This document shows, piece after piece, positions 1 through 9,720 of a stretch of DNA of 64,000 nucleotides; position 1 is the stretch's first letter, and every line of letters starts with the position of its first letter. Location of the stretch: assembly GCA_944358775.1 (NCBI GenBank), contig CALVRU010000003.1, positions 5,783-69,782 on the forward strand, given 5' to 3'. The position numbers and the translations under genes are program-made. The notes under the pieces were generated by a model. It ran no database searches. It was given only the letters and a program-made list of their open reading frames with translations, and was not told the DNA's origin. This stretch comes from an uncultured Bacilli bacterium (GTDB lineage Bacteria > Bacillota_I > Bacilli_A > RF39 > UBA660).

Positions 1-1
1 G

Positions 2-220
2 ACTCTAGTTTTACTTGCCGATGTCTTTCACACCAGTATTGATCAATTATTAGGAAAAGATTTGTATATGATTGCTGAAAATGATCAAAAGTATGGAATT
101 AGTTTAGCAAAGGAGGAACTTGTTTTAATTCAGAAGATTCGAAATCGACCATTATTGTATCAGTTGTTAGTCGATAAAATGGATCCGACATTAGATGAAA
201 TTGAAAGAAAGATACGTTAA
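2..220 (+). CDS. C-terminal fragment of an XRE-family HTH regulator (5' end lies outside the window)
   Basis: Frame 2 reads ...LLADVFHTSIDQLLGKDL... to a TAA stop at 218-220; this resembles the C-terminal helix of Cro/C1 HTH proteins. No in-window start. Confidence 0.4.
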   Translation, partial: TLVLLADVFHTSIDQLLGKDLYMIAENDQKYGISLAKEELVLIQKIRNRPLLYQLLVDKMDPTLDEIERKIR

Positions 221-1074
221 TCTTTCTTTTTTACTTTGATAAGGGGTAGCTCTTCTTGCAAGCAATTCATGAGTTCTTGAAAGGGAATGGTGGGTAGGTA
301 GTTTATACTTTCTCTGGTTAGAGGCATCTCGTGATTGATAAGATAGGTCGAGTATAAGTTGCCAAGTGGATAACGTAGATAATAATCGATTAAGTGATCG
401 TAATTTTTGGTTAAGAGTGGTTGAATCTTTTTTTCATCGTAATATTCGTTGGGAATAAATCCGTGTTTTTGATACAAGTTAATATAAAATAGTAAGTGAT
501 CGATTCGTTTTAGAAATCTTTTTTCAAAATAAAGTCGTGCTAGAATACGCATTTCGATGAGATCTTGATATCTTTTGTCGAGGGATAATAAATAAGACTG
601 TAATTTTTTCTCCATGTAAAAAGCAATTGTTTCACATAGATATTTTTTCTCATAAGGAACAAGTGTCGGAGAAAGATTAACGTCAATAAAATGGCCTAAT
701 TCATGTACTAATAAAAATAGGTCGCCATCATTTTCTTGGAGTAAGATATAAGAGGTCATCGTGATAAAGTCGAAACAGGATTTTTTCATGGTGGCAATAT
801 CGTGACTTATTCGGATACTTCCTTTTTCGATGCCATCTTGAATCATGTCATAGTATTTGGGGTAATTCTTTTTAAAAAAGGTTGATACGATTGCGAAAGA
901 GTCTAAACTGTTTTTCGGATAATGAGGATGATCTATTGAAAAAGAAAACCCTTTTTTCAATTGTGTTATTTCGTTTAGTGATAGAACCGGTGTGTATTGT
1001 GCTTCACGCTCTATTAATTCTTCGAGGCAATTTAATATTTGTTTTTTTGTGTCCATTTGATCAACTTCTTTCAA
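217..1074 (-). CDS. ImmA/IrrE-family (COG2856-like) zinc metallopeptidase, 285 aa, longer than usual
   Basis: HEXXH motif as LLVHELGHFIDVNL (the HELGH form typical of ImmA/IrrE). Convergent with the upstream XRE fragment and divergent from the XRE gene at 1155. Confidence 0.55.
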   Translation of the reverse strand: MKEVDQMDTKKQILNCLEELIEREAQYTPVLSLNEITQLKKGFSFSIDHPHYPKNSLDSFAIVSTFFKKNYPKYYDMIQDGIEKGSIRISHDIATMKKSCFDFITMTSYILLQENDGDLFLLVHELGHFIDVNLSPTLVPYEKKYLCETIAFYMEKKLQSYLLSLDKRYQDLIEMRILARLYFEKRFLKRIDHLLFYINLYQKHGFIPNEYYDEKKIQPLLTKNYDHLIDYYLRYPLGNLYSTYLINHEMPLTRESINYLPTIPFQELMNCLQEELPLIKVKKKD

Positions 1075-1154
1075 AATTTCTTTCTATTGTAACAGGAAAT
1101 TTATAAAAACGCAAAAAAGTATAGTATAATAAAGATAATTAGAAAAAAATTGGG

Positions 1155-1868
1155 ATGTGGAGTATGGATCAGCAAAAAATCGGAAATCTTATTAAACAAA
1201 TTCGAAAACAAAATCATTTTACACAACAGCAATTTGCCGATCGATATGGTGTTACCTATCAGGCAGTTAGTAAATGGGAAAATGGTAAGAATATGCCGGA
1301 CATTTCTTTATTAAAAGCGATCAGTGATGATTTTGATGTTAACATAGATGATATTTTAAATGGAGAAGTTACTCCGGCAGCACCTAAGAAAAACAAAACT
1401 TATTTTGTCCTTATTGCGATATTAATCGTATTGGCAATCGTTTGTATTATTGTAATTGTTTCGCTTAATCGTGACCCTAACTTTGAATTTCGGACGATTT
1501 CGTCGAACTGTGAACAATTCACTATTTCTGGCAGTATTGCTTATAATGACAATAAGTCATCTATTTATATTTCAAATATTGACTATTGTGGAGCACTCGA
1601 TGAAACAAAGTATGAAAAGCTTGAATGTATTTTATATGAGAAGCATGATAATCGGGAAATTCAAATTAGTCAGTATGCTTCTTCTGGAAAGGAAAAGTTA
1701 TCGTTAGAAGAATTTTTAAAGCAAGTTCGTTTTAAAGTGGATGATTATGAACAAACGTGTAAGAATTACGATCAAGATAGTTTATATTTACAAATTAATG
1801 CATTTCATTCGGATGATAAGGTCACTTCTTATAAAGTGCAATTGTCCTTGGATGATGATTGTGTTTAG
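1155..1868 (+). CDS. membrane-tethered XRE-family HTH transcriptional regulator
   Basis: N-terminus QQQFADRYGVTYQAVSKWENGKNMP is a classical Cro/C1 HTH; one TM segment (YFVLIAILIVLAIVCIIVIV) follows, then an extracytoplasmic domain of about 130 aa. Confidence 0.7.
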   Translation: MWSMDQQKIGNLIKQIRKQNHFTQQQFADRYGVTYQAVSKWENGKNMPDISLLKAISDDFDVNIDDILNGEVTPAAPKKNKTYFVLIAILIVLAIVCIIVIVSLNRDPNFEFRTISSNCEQFTISGSIAYNDNKSSIYISNIDYCGALDETKYEKLECILYEKHDNREIQISQYASSGKEKLSLEEFLKQVRFKVDDYEQTCKNYDQDSLYLQINAFHSDDKVTSYKVQLSLDDDCV

Positions 1869-2067
1869 AAAGTGTCGAGAAATGATAATAACTTCAAAAG
1901 AAAGTGAGAATAGAATAGGCCTTGCTACTGTCTATGACATATATTAAAAGTAAAGAAATAAAAAGAATTTCAAACAAATAATGAAATTCTTTTTGTTTTT
2001 CGCAAAACATCTTAAAATCGACAAAAAGTGATTCTCGAACCAGCTATGATGTAGGTGGTGACAAGAT

Positions 2068-2523
2068 ATGAAATTAAAAGTGATTATTCCAATGGTGGCA
2101 GCAATTTTATTAGGATATTTTTGTGGGAAGTTTGTGTTTCAACAATATGAGAAAAATGAGAGCGTTTTTCAGGATGCAGGGATTGTTTATTTTTTACAAC
2201 AAGGAGTCTATACTTCGACGGATTCGGTTGCCCAAAATACGGATGAATTAAGTGATTTTTTAACGACGATAGAAGATGGTAAGTATTATGTCTATGTTGG
2301 CATTACTTCGAAAGAAGAAAATGCAAATAAGGTAAAAGAAGCATATCAAAAAGAGAATATCGAACTTTATATTAAACCGGTAGTCGTCAGCAATAAAGAG
2401 TTTTTAAATAATTTGGAACAATATGATATTTTACTGTCGGCATGTAACACGTTGGACGAGATGAATGCAGTTTTGAAAACAGTTGTTGCCTCTTATCAAG
2501 AGTCCGTTTTAAATCAATCTTAG
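2068..2523 (+). CDS. hypothetical membrane-anchored protein (possible SPOR-like C-terminal domain)
   Basis: N-terminal TM helix; C-terminal YYVYVGITSKEENANKVKEAYQKENIELYIKP resembles a SPOR-type fold. Lies upstream of radC. Confidence 0.35.
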   Translation: MKLKVIIPMVAAILLGYFCGKFVFQQYEKNESVFQDAGIVYFLQQGVYTSTDSVAQNTDELSDFLTTIEDGKYYVYVGITSKEENANKVKEAYQKENIELYIKPVVVSNKEFLNNLEQYDILLSACNTLDEMNAVLKTVVASYQESVLNQS

Positions 2524-2568
2524 GAATTTCGAAAAGATTTGAAATAATAAATTTAGGAAGTGATTTAC

Positions 2569-3261
2569 ATGAGTGTTGCGATGGAAAAAATACCATTGGA
2601 AGATCGACCGCGGGAACGTTTCTTAAAAGTAGGAGTCGAAAATCTGAGTAATGAAGAACTGTTATCGATTTTATTAAAAACAGGCTTTAAAGGTCAGAGT
2701 GTACAAGCTGTTTCACGAGAATTGTTATATCAGCTAGGGGGAATGGAACATTTTCAAAATGTTACGATGTCTTATCTGACTAAAACAAAAGGTATTGGCA
2801 AAATTAAAGCGATGGAATTGTTGACTGCTATTGAACTAGGGAAACGTATTTTTTATAAAACAGAGTCCTCAAATCTACTTTTAAAAACGCCGGCGGACAT
2901 TTATGAAAAAATGCGATATTTATTTGTCGGTAAAAAACAAGAATGTTTTTACTGTCTTTATTTTAATACAAAACAAGAATTAATTGAAAGGAAGTTATTA
3001 TTTATGGGAACGGTAAATCGTAGTCTAGTTCATCCACGTGAAGTTTTTAAAGAAGCATATTTAAACAGTGCTTCTGCGATTGTGTGTCTACATAATCATC
3101 CGTCGAATGATTTAACACCAAGTCAGGAAGACAAATGTTTGACGAAGGCTTTAGTGGAAATTGGTGAGTTAAATGGAATTCCAGTAGTAGATCATATTAT
3201 TGTCGGTGATTATGGTTATTATAGTTTTTATGAACATCATCTATTAGAGAGGCATTTATGA
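2569..3261 (+). CDS. radC: RadC-like JAB-domain protein
   Basis: N-terminal ...EDRPRERF...; JAB/MPN metal site HNHPSNDLTPSQED; RBS AGGAAG lies 8 nt before the ATG; sits upstream of mreC as in Bacillus. Confidence 0.85.
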   Translation: MSVAMEKIPLEDRPRERFLKVGVENLSNEELLSILLKTGFKGQSVQAVSRELLYQLGGMEHFQNVTMSYLTKTKGIGKIKAMELLTAIELGKRIFYKTESSNLLLKTPADIYEKMRYLFVGKKQECFYCLYFNTKQELIERKLLFMGTVNRSLVHPREVFKEAYLNSASAIVCLHNHPSNDLTPSQEDKCLTKALVEIGELNGIPVVDHIIVGDYGYYSFYEHHLLERHL

Positions 3262-4046
3262 GAAGAAAAAAACAAGAAAAGAAGAAGCGTATTTTAATTG
3301 GGAGTATTGTTGTCCTTGTTGTAGGAGGCTTATTTTTATTTATTTTTTATCGTCAAGATAAGAATTACTCAATGGTTGGGCAATGGATGAAAGAAGTGGG
3401 TGTCGGAATTACGCGAATGTTTTCTATTCCAGTACAGCAGGTATTATTGCCCTCACCAAACGAGTTGGATCTTAGTTTAAGTAAGGCAAAAGATCAAGAA
3501 ATCGAAGAATTAAAAAAGCTATTAGAAATCAAAAGTACGTATACACAATTCCAGGTAATTACTGCTTTGACGATCGAACGTAATACGGATTATTTTAAAG
3601 AGGGTTTGACGATCAATAAAGGAGAGAAAGACGGAATTCAAAAAGATATGGCTGTTATTACTCCGTATGGATTGATTGGCAAGATCTCTAAAGTCGGTCA
3701 AACATTTAGTGAGGTAAGATTACTTTCTTCTTTATCCGAACCAATTCAAGTTTCTGTTCAGGTGAATAGTCAAGAGGAAACGTACCATGGCGTATTAAGT
3801 GGTTATGATGAAAAGAAAGGACTATTTCGTGTAACTGGAATTGCTTCTCAAAGTACGATTCAAATAGGCGATAAGATAACGACCAGTGGTCTAGGTGGAA
3901 TTTTCCCAGAAGGAATTTATGTGGGAGAAGTAGTAGAAGTGACACAAGATGAATTTGGTATTACGAAGACTTTGTATTTGGCAAGCGGGCAGGATTTTAA
4001 TCAGATCAATTATGTGAGTGTCTTAGTGAGAGGAGTGGAATCGTGA
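3258..4046 (+). CDS. mreC: rod shape-determining protein MreC
   Basis: N-terminal TM, coiled-coil region, then a beta-rich periplasmic domain; overlaps the radC stop and is directly followed by mreD. Confidence 0.8.
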   Translation: MRRKKQEKKKRILIGSIVVLVVGGLFLFIFYRQDKNYSMVGQWMKEVGVGITRMFSIPVQQVLLPSPNELDLSLSKAKDQEIEELKKLLEIKSTYTQFQVITALTIERNTDYFKEGLTINKGEKDGIQKDMAVITPYGLIGKISKVGQTFSEVRLLSSLSEPIQVSVQVNSQEETYHGVLSGYDEKKGLFRVTGIASQSTIQIGDKITTSGLGGIFPEGIYVGEVVEVTQDEFGITKTLYLASGQDFNQINYVSVLVRGVES

Positions 4047-4510
4047 TTTATATACTCGGTTTTTTCTTTTTACTATTCGAAGGTGTCATCTCAAATTTTG
4101 TACCGTATTTTTCGTATTCTTTTACGATTCACTTTTCTTTTTTTATTCTTTTTTATCTTTTTTTCTTGTTTTTTCATCGCGAATATCGATACTTATGGTT
4201 CGGCGTAATAGCAGGAGTATTCTATGATCTTTCTTATACTTCGTGGTTCATCTATCACGCGATTTTTTTTACTGTTTTAGGTTTTGCTTATTTGAAACTG
4301 CTAGAACATACCGATTATCCATTTCTTAGTATGTTACTCGTTTTGCTCGGTGGGTTTAGCTTACATTATTTCGTCTATGGAGTACTTCAAAATTATGTGC
4401 TGTCATGGTCTACTTATTTCCTTTATCTATTGCAATTTGTTTTATCGAATAGTCTTTTCTTTTTGTTAGGGTACTTACTTTTTCGCAAGTGTAAAATTCA
4501 TAAAATATAA
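4043..4510 (+). CDS. mreD: rod shape-determining protein MreD (polytopic membrane protein)
   Basis: 155-aa protein dominated by hydrophobic helices; GTG start overlaps the mreC stop; position after mreC. Confidence 0.55.
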   Translation: MIYILGFFFLLFEGVISNFVPYFSYSFTIHFSFFILFYLFFLFFHREYRYLWFGVIAGVFYDLSYTSWFIYHAIFFTVLGFAYLKLLEHTDYPFLSMLLVLLGGFSLHYFVYGVLQNYVLSWSTYFLYLLQFVLSNSLFFLLGYLLFRKCKIHKI

Positions 4511-4547
4511 TATTACTTCATAGAATTCTCTAGAGGAGAATGGAGCT

Positions 4548-5162
4548 ATGAACGAATATAAATCAGTTGCTAAATTCAAGAAAAAGCATCACCAGGGAAC
4601 AAACTCAAAAATACCGATAGGCTGGAAAAAGTTTTTCATTCATTTTGTCAGTCGGGTATTAATTGTCGTCATTCTTTTTTTAATTACGTTGATCGTAATG
4701 AAAGTAAATCCAAAATTTAAAACATGGGTAACAGAAAACGTCTATCATACTTCTTTTCAGTTTGCCGAAGTGAAACAGTTTTATAATAAATATATCGGTA
4801 GTGTCTTACCGTTTGGCGATCAGCTAGATGATAAACCAGTTTTTCAAGAACAATTTACCTATCAAGAAGCCAATGTCTATTTAGATGGGGCTAGTGTAAA
4901 AGTTGGTAAAAATTATTTAGTTCCTTCTTTAGAAAGCGGAATTGTTGTCTATATTGGGGAAAAAGAAGGATACGGTAATACTTTAGTAGTTCAGCAAGTT
5001 AATGGAATTGACGTATGGTATGCAAACGTTCAATTGGTAGATTTAAAACTATATGATTATATTGAAAAAGGGACTTTGTTAGGAGAAGCAAAAGAAGAAA
5101 ATATTTATTTAGTATTTCAAAAAGATGGGAAATTTTTAGATTATAAAGACTATCTTGCCTAA
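4548..5162 (+). CDS. SpoIVFA-like protein with a degenerate LytM/M23 domain
   Basis: Basic N-terminus, one TM, C-terminal M23-like beta domain (YLDGASVKVGKNY...GNTLVVQQVNGIDVWYANV). Position matches the Bacillus order mreD-(minCD)-spoIVFA-spoIVFB. Confidence 0.45.
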   Translation: MNEYKSVAKFKKKHHQGTNSKIPIGWKKFFIHFVSRVLIVVILFLITLIVMKVNPKFKTWVTENVYHTSFQFAEVKQFYNKYIGSVLPFGDQLDDKPVFQEQFTYQEANVYLDGASVKVGKNYLVPSLESGIVVYIGEKEGYGNTLVVQQVNGIDVWYANVQLVDLKLYDYIEKGTLLGEAKEENIYLVFQKDGKFLDYKDYLA

Positions 5163-5898
5163 GGTTCGTTTTGATTTTTCTTTTTTTCTTTTGCTTTTTG
5201 GTATTATTTTAACGGGGACATTTCGTGAATTTTCATTCTTTTTTAGTATTCTATTTGTACATGAATGTGGACATTTTTTAATGGCCCGTTTTTTTCATTG
5301 GGAAGTACGGGAAATTGCATTTTATCCATATGGTGGATGTACAAAGTTTAAAACAAGGGTCAATACTCCATTAAAAGAAGAATTTTGGGTTTTGATTATG
5401 GGCCCTTTTTTTCAGGTGGTGTTTGCATTCTTTATGATGCAGATTCTTTCTCGCACTGTCGATCAACAAGCTTTTTTACAGTATCACTATGGGATTTTGA
5501 TATTTAATTTATTACCGATTTATCCTTTGGATGGTGGCAAATTATGTCATTTATTATGGGAACGATTTGTTCCGTATAAAAAAAGTTTTTCTTATGTATT
5601 TACGATGTCGTTCTTCTTTTTGGTCGGATTGAGTATTTTACTCATTTCGAATCACCAAGTAAATTACTTGGTAATCTTAGTTTTGTTATGGCTAAAATTA
5701 TTTCAGGAGGTGCGTAAAAGTGGATATTATTATCAGCGATTTTTAATGGAGCGGTATTTAGAACAACTCAATTTTCCACGCCATAAACTGATCAACGAGG
5801 AAAATGGTATGTTTCGCGATTGCCGTCATTTGTTTTATCAGAAAGGACATTATTTGACGGAACGTCAAGTTTTGAAAAGGAAATTCCGGGGTCTTTAA
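5155..5898 (+). CDS. SpoIVFB-like site-2 (M50) intramembrane metalloprotease
   Basis: HEXXH inside a TM helix (VHECGHFLMARFF) plus a downstream LPIYPLDGG (LDG) motif. Non-ATG (TTG) start, so start uncertain. Confidence 0.6.
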   Translation: MPKVRFDFSFFLLLFGIILTGTFREFSFFFSILFVHECGHFLMARFFHWEVREIAFYPYGGCTKFKTRVNTPLKEEFWVLIMGPFFQVVFAFFMMQILSRTVDQQAFLQYHYGILIFNLLPIYPLDGGKLCHLLWERFVPYKKSFSYVFTMSFFFLVGLSILLISNHQVNYLVILVLLWLKLFQEVRKSGYYYQRFLMERYLEQLNFPRHKLINEENGMFRDCRHLFYQKGHYLTERQVLKRKFRGL

Positions 5899-6005
5899 AA
5901 TCTCGATAATTTTTGTCGAATTGTGTCAAGTTTCGTTGACTTTATAAAAATAGCGATGATAGAATGAATGTGTAGCAAAAATAACGATAGGGGGGAAAAG
6001 AAAAA

Positions 6006-7442
6006 ATGGACACAAGAGAAGACAATGTGAAAAAAATTGTAGCTGTTGTTCTTGTGATCGTGGTCATCATTGCTATCCTTATCGGAGTACGTAGTTGTGG
6101 GAAGAAGGACGAAAAAATAGAACCAACTCCAACACCAACTGCGACTGTTACTCCAGAACCAACCTCGACACCTGATGATGAAGAGAACGATACTAATAGC
6201 AATCATAATTACGATACAGGTTATAACAGACCAGATACGGATGTTACAGTTCCGGTGAATAACGAACCAGAAGTAACACCGACACCGACACCAGAAGTAA
6301 TTGATTTAGAAGGATTAAAAAATGCAGTTAAAGAAGCAAGTACTGTAATCGATAATCTCGTTTTTGAAGAAGGAAGCTCAGATTCAACATTAATCGATTT
6401 GTTAGCAGAGTTATCTACTGTAGAAGAAGAAGGAGCTATGTTACTTCAAGAAGCGGATTTGACACAAGCGAAAGTAGATGCGAAACAAGCGGAAATCGAA
6501 GTGTTAATCGATGAAATTACGGAACGAATTGCTTGGTTGACAGAAGATGCTACTAATGCTGTCAGTTTAGCAGAAGAAAAAATTACAAGTGAAAATTATG
6601 AAATGGCAGTGATTGCCGTAGGTAAACTACCAATTAGTGAAGTAAAAGAAGAATTACAGAACCGTTTGCAAGCGATTGAATCACTTGTGGGAACGATTGC
6701 GTATATTACAAATGAAGACGAGTTAATGGAAGCATTAGCAAATGAAGACATTACGACGATCGAATTAGAAAACGATTTGGAGGATATCTCTGGATTTGTT
6801 ATCGATCGACCAATGAATTTCGAAGGTAATGAATATCAGATGACGTTCAAGGAGTTCGAATTAAAAGGTATCACGATTATCAGTGATGATGTTGTTTTAA
6901 ATAACGTTACCGTAGCTCTTACAGATGAAATTGACTGGCAAGGAAGCTATGGTGTTCATGTGTATAATGCGAAAAATGTCGTATTAAATAACTACACTGG
7001 TATGAATGCAGATGCGGCTTTATTAGTAAATGCATCGGAAGTAGAATTAACTGGTATTACCAATGTTTCGAATAATGAATTTGGAGGTATCGAAGTTTCC
7101 AAAGGAATCGGTGAGGATTTAGAAAATTCTGTTCTTACTATTTCCGGTACCATCGTGAATGAAACCGAAGCTTATGCTCTTCCGACGGTATGGGTTATTA
7201 AAGGCGAAGGAACGGTTAATGGAACTTTTGCAGCAACCAATGAAGAGATCAAAGAAGATCAAATTCAATATTACTTAGTAGAAGAGAATGCGACGGATTC
7301 GGAAGTTGTTGTCGACGACGATGAGAAAGAAGAAGAAACAATCGAAGAACAACCAGCGGTAGAGGAAGAACAAGAGGAAATGGTTATAGAAGAAATCGTC
7401 GGTTCTGCTGCCGAAGTAGAAAGCGAACAAGAAAGTGAGTAA
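6006..7442 (+). CDS. membrane-anchored surface protein with Pro/Thr linker, beta-helix-like repeats and acidic tail
   Basis: Signal-anchor helix, (PT)n linker, repeated N-V-T/N-N-Y motifs suggesting a parallel beta-helix, Glu-rich C-terminus. Confidence 0.45.
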   Translation: MDTREDNVKKIVAVVLVIVVIIAILIGVRSCGKKDEKIEPTPTPTATVTPEPTSTPDDEENDTNSNHNYDTGYNRPDTDVTVPVNNEPEVTPTPTPEVIDLEGLKNAVKEASTVIDNLVFEEGSSDSTLIDLLAELSTVEEEGAMLLQEADLTQAKVDAKQAEIEVLIDEITERIAWLTEDATNAVSLAEEKITSENYEMAVIAVGKLPISEVKEELQNRLQAIESLVGTIAYITNEDELMEALANEDITTIELENDLEDISGFVIDRPMNFEGNEYQMTFKEFELKGITIISDDVVLNNVTVALTDEIDWQGSYGVHVYNAKNVVLNNYTGMNADAALLVNASEVELTGITNVSNNEFGGIEVSKGIGEDLENSVLTISGTIVNETEAYALPTVWVIKGEGTVNGTFAATNEEIKEDQIQYYLVEENATDSEVVVDDDEKEEETIEEQPAVEEEQEEMVIEEIVGSAAEVESEQESE

Positions 7443-7737
7443 TCACTTTTTTGCTTTTTCCAAAGAAATGAAGAAAGAAACACAGATTGTTTCCTTTCGA
7501 CAATTGCAGCAAGAAGAAAAAGAAGCATATCTCGATGATTTTCTATCGTCTTATCAAAAAGCCTGTCATTTGCGAGAATTATTACTTTATTATCGAACTT
7601 TATTAGAAACAAGTATTTCTCAAAGTGAACGTAATCTTTATCAAACTCTTGCCGAGAAAGTGGCGAAAGAACAGTTCGAAGTCGAAGAAGTAAGCAATTA
7701 TTTTAAACAGAAGCTACGATCTTACCGAAATATGTAG
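7435..7737 (+). CDS. hypothetical small protein
   Basis: 100-aa ORF followed by a clean hairpin terminator. Confidence 0.3.
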   Translation: MSNHFFAFSKEMKKETQIVSFRQLQQEEKEAYLDDFLSSYQKACHLRELLLYYRTLLETSISQSERNLYQTLAEKVAKEQFEVEEVSNYFKQKLRSYRNM

Positions 7738-7745
7738 TTCATAAA

Positions 7746-7770
7746 ATCATCCAAATGGATGATTTTTTCT
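7746..7770 (+). terminator. rho-independent terminator
   Basis: Perfect 8-bp palindrome atcatcca-aa-tggatgat followed by a T-run. Confidence 0.55.
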
Positions 7771-7822
7771 TTTTTCTTTTTTTTAGTTATGTTATAATCT
7801 ATCTAGAATAGGGTGATGTGTG

Positions 7823-9652
7823 ATGTTAGGAAAAATTATCAGTATTGTCGATAATATGGTGACCGTTCGTCTATCAATCGATATTACGCAGCAGGTAAAT
7901 TTGATTAATCTACATGTTGTTTTTGAAGATAAAAACACTAAAATTGTGGGAGAAATTCAAGATATTCAGAATGATACGATGATTTGTAACATTGTCGGAG
8001 AAATTGAGAATGGTGTATTTATGCCTGGCTTTTCCAAAAAGCCATCTTTTAAGTCGAAGGTGCGTTTAATTACGGGTGATGAATTAGTCCTTATTTTAGG
8101 AAAACAACAGTTAGAAGATCAAACTCAAGTAGCCTTTGGGCTATCGACGGTTTATCAGAATTACCAAATCAACGTCAATATTAATCAGTTCTTTAGTAAT
8201 CATTTTGCAATTCTAGGTAATACTGGTAGTGGTAAATCGTTTACGGTAGCAAGATTATTACAAAATGTATTTGCAAACCCAAAAGCCGTTCCAGTCAGCG
8301 CGAATATCTTTTTGTTTGATGCGTATGGGGAATATACACATGCTTTTTCTAAAATCAATCAGATTTCACCGTTGTTACATTATAAAAATTATACGACGAA
8401 CACTTCGTATCCAGATGGAGAATTACTACAAATTCCACTTTGGTTACTCGATGTCGATGATGTGGCACAACTTTTAGGAGTAACTACTTCGATGCAATTG
8501 CCGATTATCGAAAAAGCGTTAAAACTAGTAACTATTTTAAAAAATGATGATGAAGAAGTAATGCAACATAAAAATGATATTATTGCGCGGGCAATTATGG
8601 ATATTTTAGTAAGTGGAAAAGATTCGACGAAAATTCGTGATCAGGTAATGGCCGTGCTAACGAACTTTAATACGAAAGATTTAAATTTAGAGTCGTTGAT
8701 TGTTCAGCCGGGTTATACCAGAACGTTACGGCAACTTCTTTATACGGATAAAACTGGCAAGATGCAAGAGATGCAAGTGGTCGTCGATTTTATGAACCAA
8801 TTTATCGTCGATGGCTTGGAATTAAAGACACCGGATGGATCGGTCCCATTTTCTTTGATCGATTTAGAAAAAGCTCTTAATTTTGCTTTGATTTCAGAGG
8901 GCGTTTTAAAAAGTGACAAAGTATTTGATTATGCCAATATCTTGTCGGTGCGTCTTCATTCATTAGTAAATAGTGATGCAGCGGCCTATTTTAATTATCC
9001 CGATATGATATCAAGGGAAGATTATATCAAAAAACTAATTACTACTTTAGAAGGATATAAAGCTCAAATTATCAATTTCAATATTAATTATGTCGATGAT
9101 CGGATGGCAAAAGCAATTACGAAAATTTTATCGAAATTGCTCTTCGATTATGCGGTCAATCAGAAAAATCGTGCTTCTATGCCATTTCATATTATTATCG
9201 AAGAAGCTCATCGCTATGTTCAAAACGATAGTGACGTCGAAATTTTGGGATATAATATTTTTGAGCGGATTACAAAAGAAGGTCGAAAATATGGAGTACT
9301 TTTAGGCTTAATTACGCAAAGGCCTTCGGAACTTAGTGAAACGGCGATCTCACAGTGTTCGAACTTTATTATTTTAAGAACGTTACATCCAAAAGATCTA
9401 GAATATATTCGCAATATGGTTCCAAATATTAGTAGTGCGATTGTCGAACAATTAAAAACATTGCAGCCTGGTAATTGTATTGCTTTCGGAAGCGCTTTCC
9501 AAGTACCGGTGGCGATGCGTTTAAATCGTCCGGATCCGGAGCCACTTAGCAATAATGCGGACATTGAAAAATTATGGTTTGTGGCGGTCGATGAAAATCA
9601 TATTTCACCACCTCCACAAGCAACTGTTACAGGAACAAGCACCTTTGAATAA
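7823..9652 (+). CDS. HerA/DUF87-family (FtsK/VirB4-like) P-loop ATPase
   Basis: HAS-barrel-like N-terminus; Walker A ILGNTGSGKSF; Walker B/DExx-like IIIEEAHRYV. Monocistronic, terminator upstream. Confidence 0.6.
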   Translation: MLGKIISIVDNMVTVRLSIDITQQVNLINLHVVFEDKNTKIVGEIQDIQNDTMICNIVGEIENGVFMPGFSKKPSFKSKVRLITGDELVLILGKQQLEDQTQVAFGLSTVYQNYQINVNINQFFSNHFAILGNTGSGKSFTVARLLQNVFANPKAVPVSANIFLFDAYGEYTHAFSKINQISPLLHYKNYTTNTSYPDGELLQIPLWLLDVDDVAQLLGVTTSMQLPIIEKALKLVTILKNDDEEVMQHKNDIIARAIMDILVSGKDSTKIRDQVMAVLTNFNTKDLNLESLIVQPGYTRTLRQLLYTDKTGKMQEMQVVVDFMNQFIVDGLELKTPDGSVPFSLIDLEKALNFALISEGVLKSDKVFDYANILSVRLHSLVNSDAAAYFNYPDMISREDYIKKLITTLEGYKAQIINFNINYVDDRMAKAITKILSKLLFDYAVNQKNRASMPFHIIIEEAHRYVQNDSDVEILGYNIFERITKEGRKYGVLLGLITQRPSELSETAISQCSNFIILRTLHPKDLEYIRNMVPNISSAIVEQLKTLQPGNCIAFGSAFQVPVAMRLNRPDPEPLSNNADIEKLWFVAVDENHISPPPQATVTGTSTFE

Positions 9653-9720
9653 ATTGGACTTTCCAATTTATATGAATTGTGATACAATAAATTTAATAAG
9701 AATAAACGGAGGAGATTATT

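Noticed and set aside
882-1106. 74-aa plus-strand ORF inside the ImmA-like gene
   Set aside because: Fully antisense to a longer motif-bearing ORF; no RBS; typical shadow ORF.
1456-1947. Two small plus-strand ORFs overlapping the 3' part of the XRE-TM gene in other frames
   Set aside because: Alternative-frame ORFs inside a coherent HTH-TM protein gene; low-complexity translations.
5895-6206. Minus-strand 103-aa and 86-aa ORFs opposite the start of the PT-linker protein gene
   Set aside because: Translation of the complement of the repetitive Pro/Thr-codon region; no start context; overlaps a gene that has a promoter and RBS.
7271-7612. Minus-strand 113-aa Ser-rich ORF
   Set aside because: Complement of the Glu-rich codon run at the 3' end of gene 6006; spurious.
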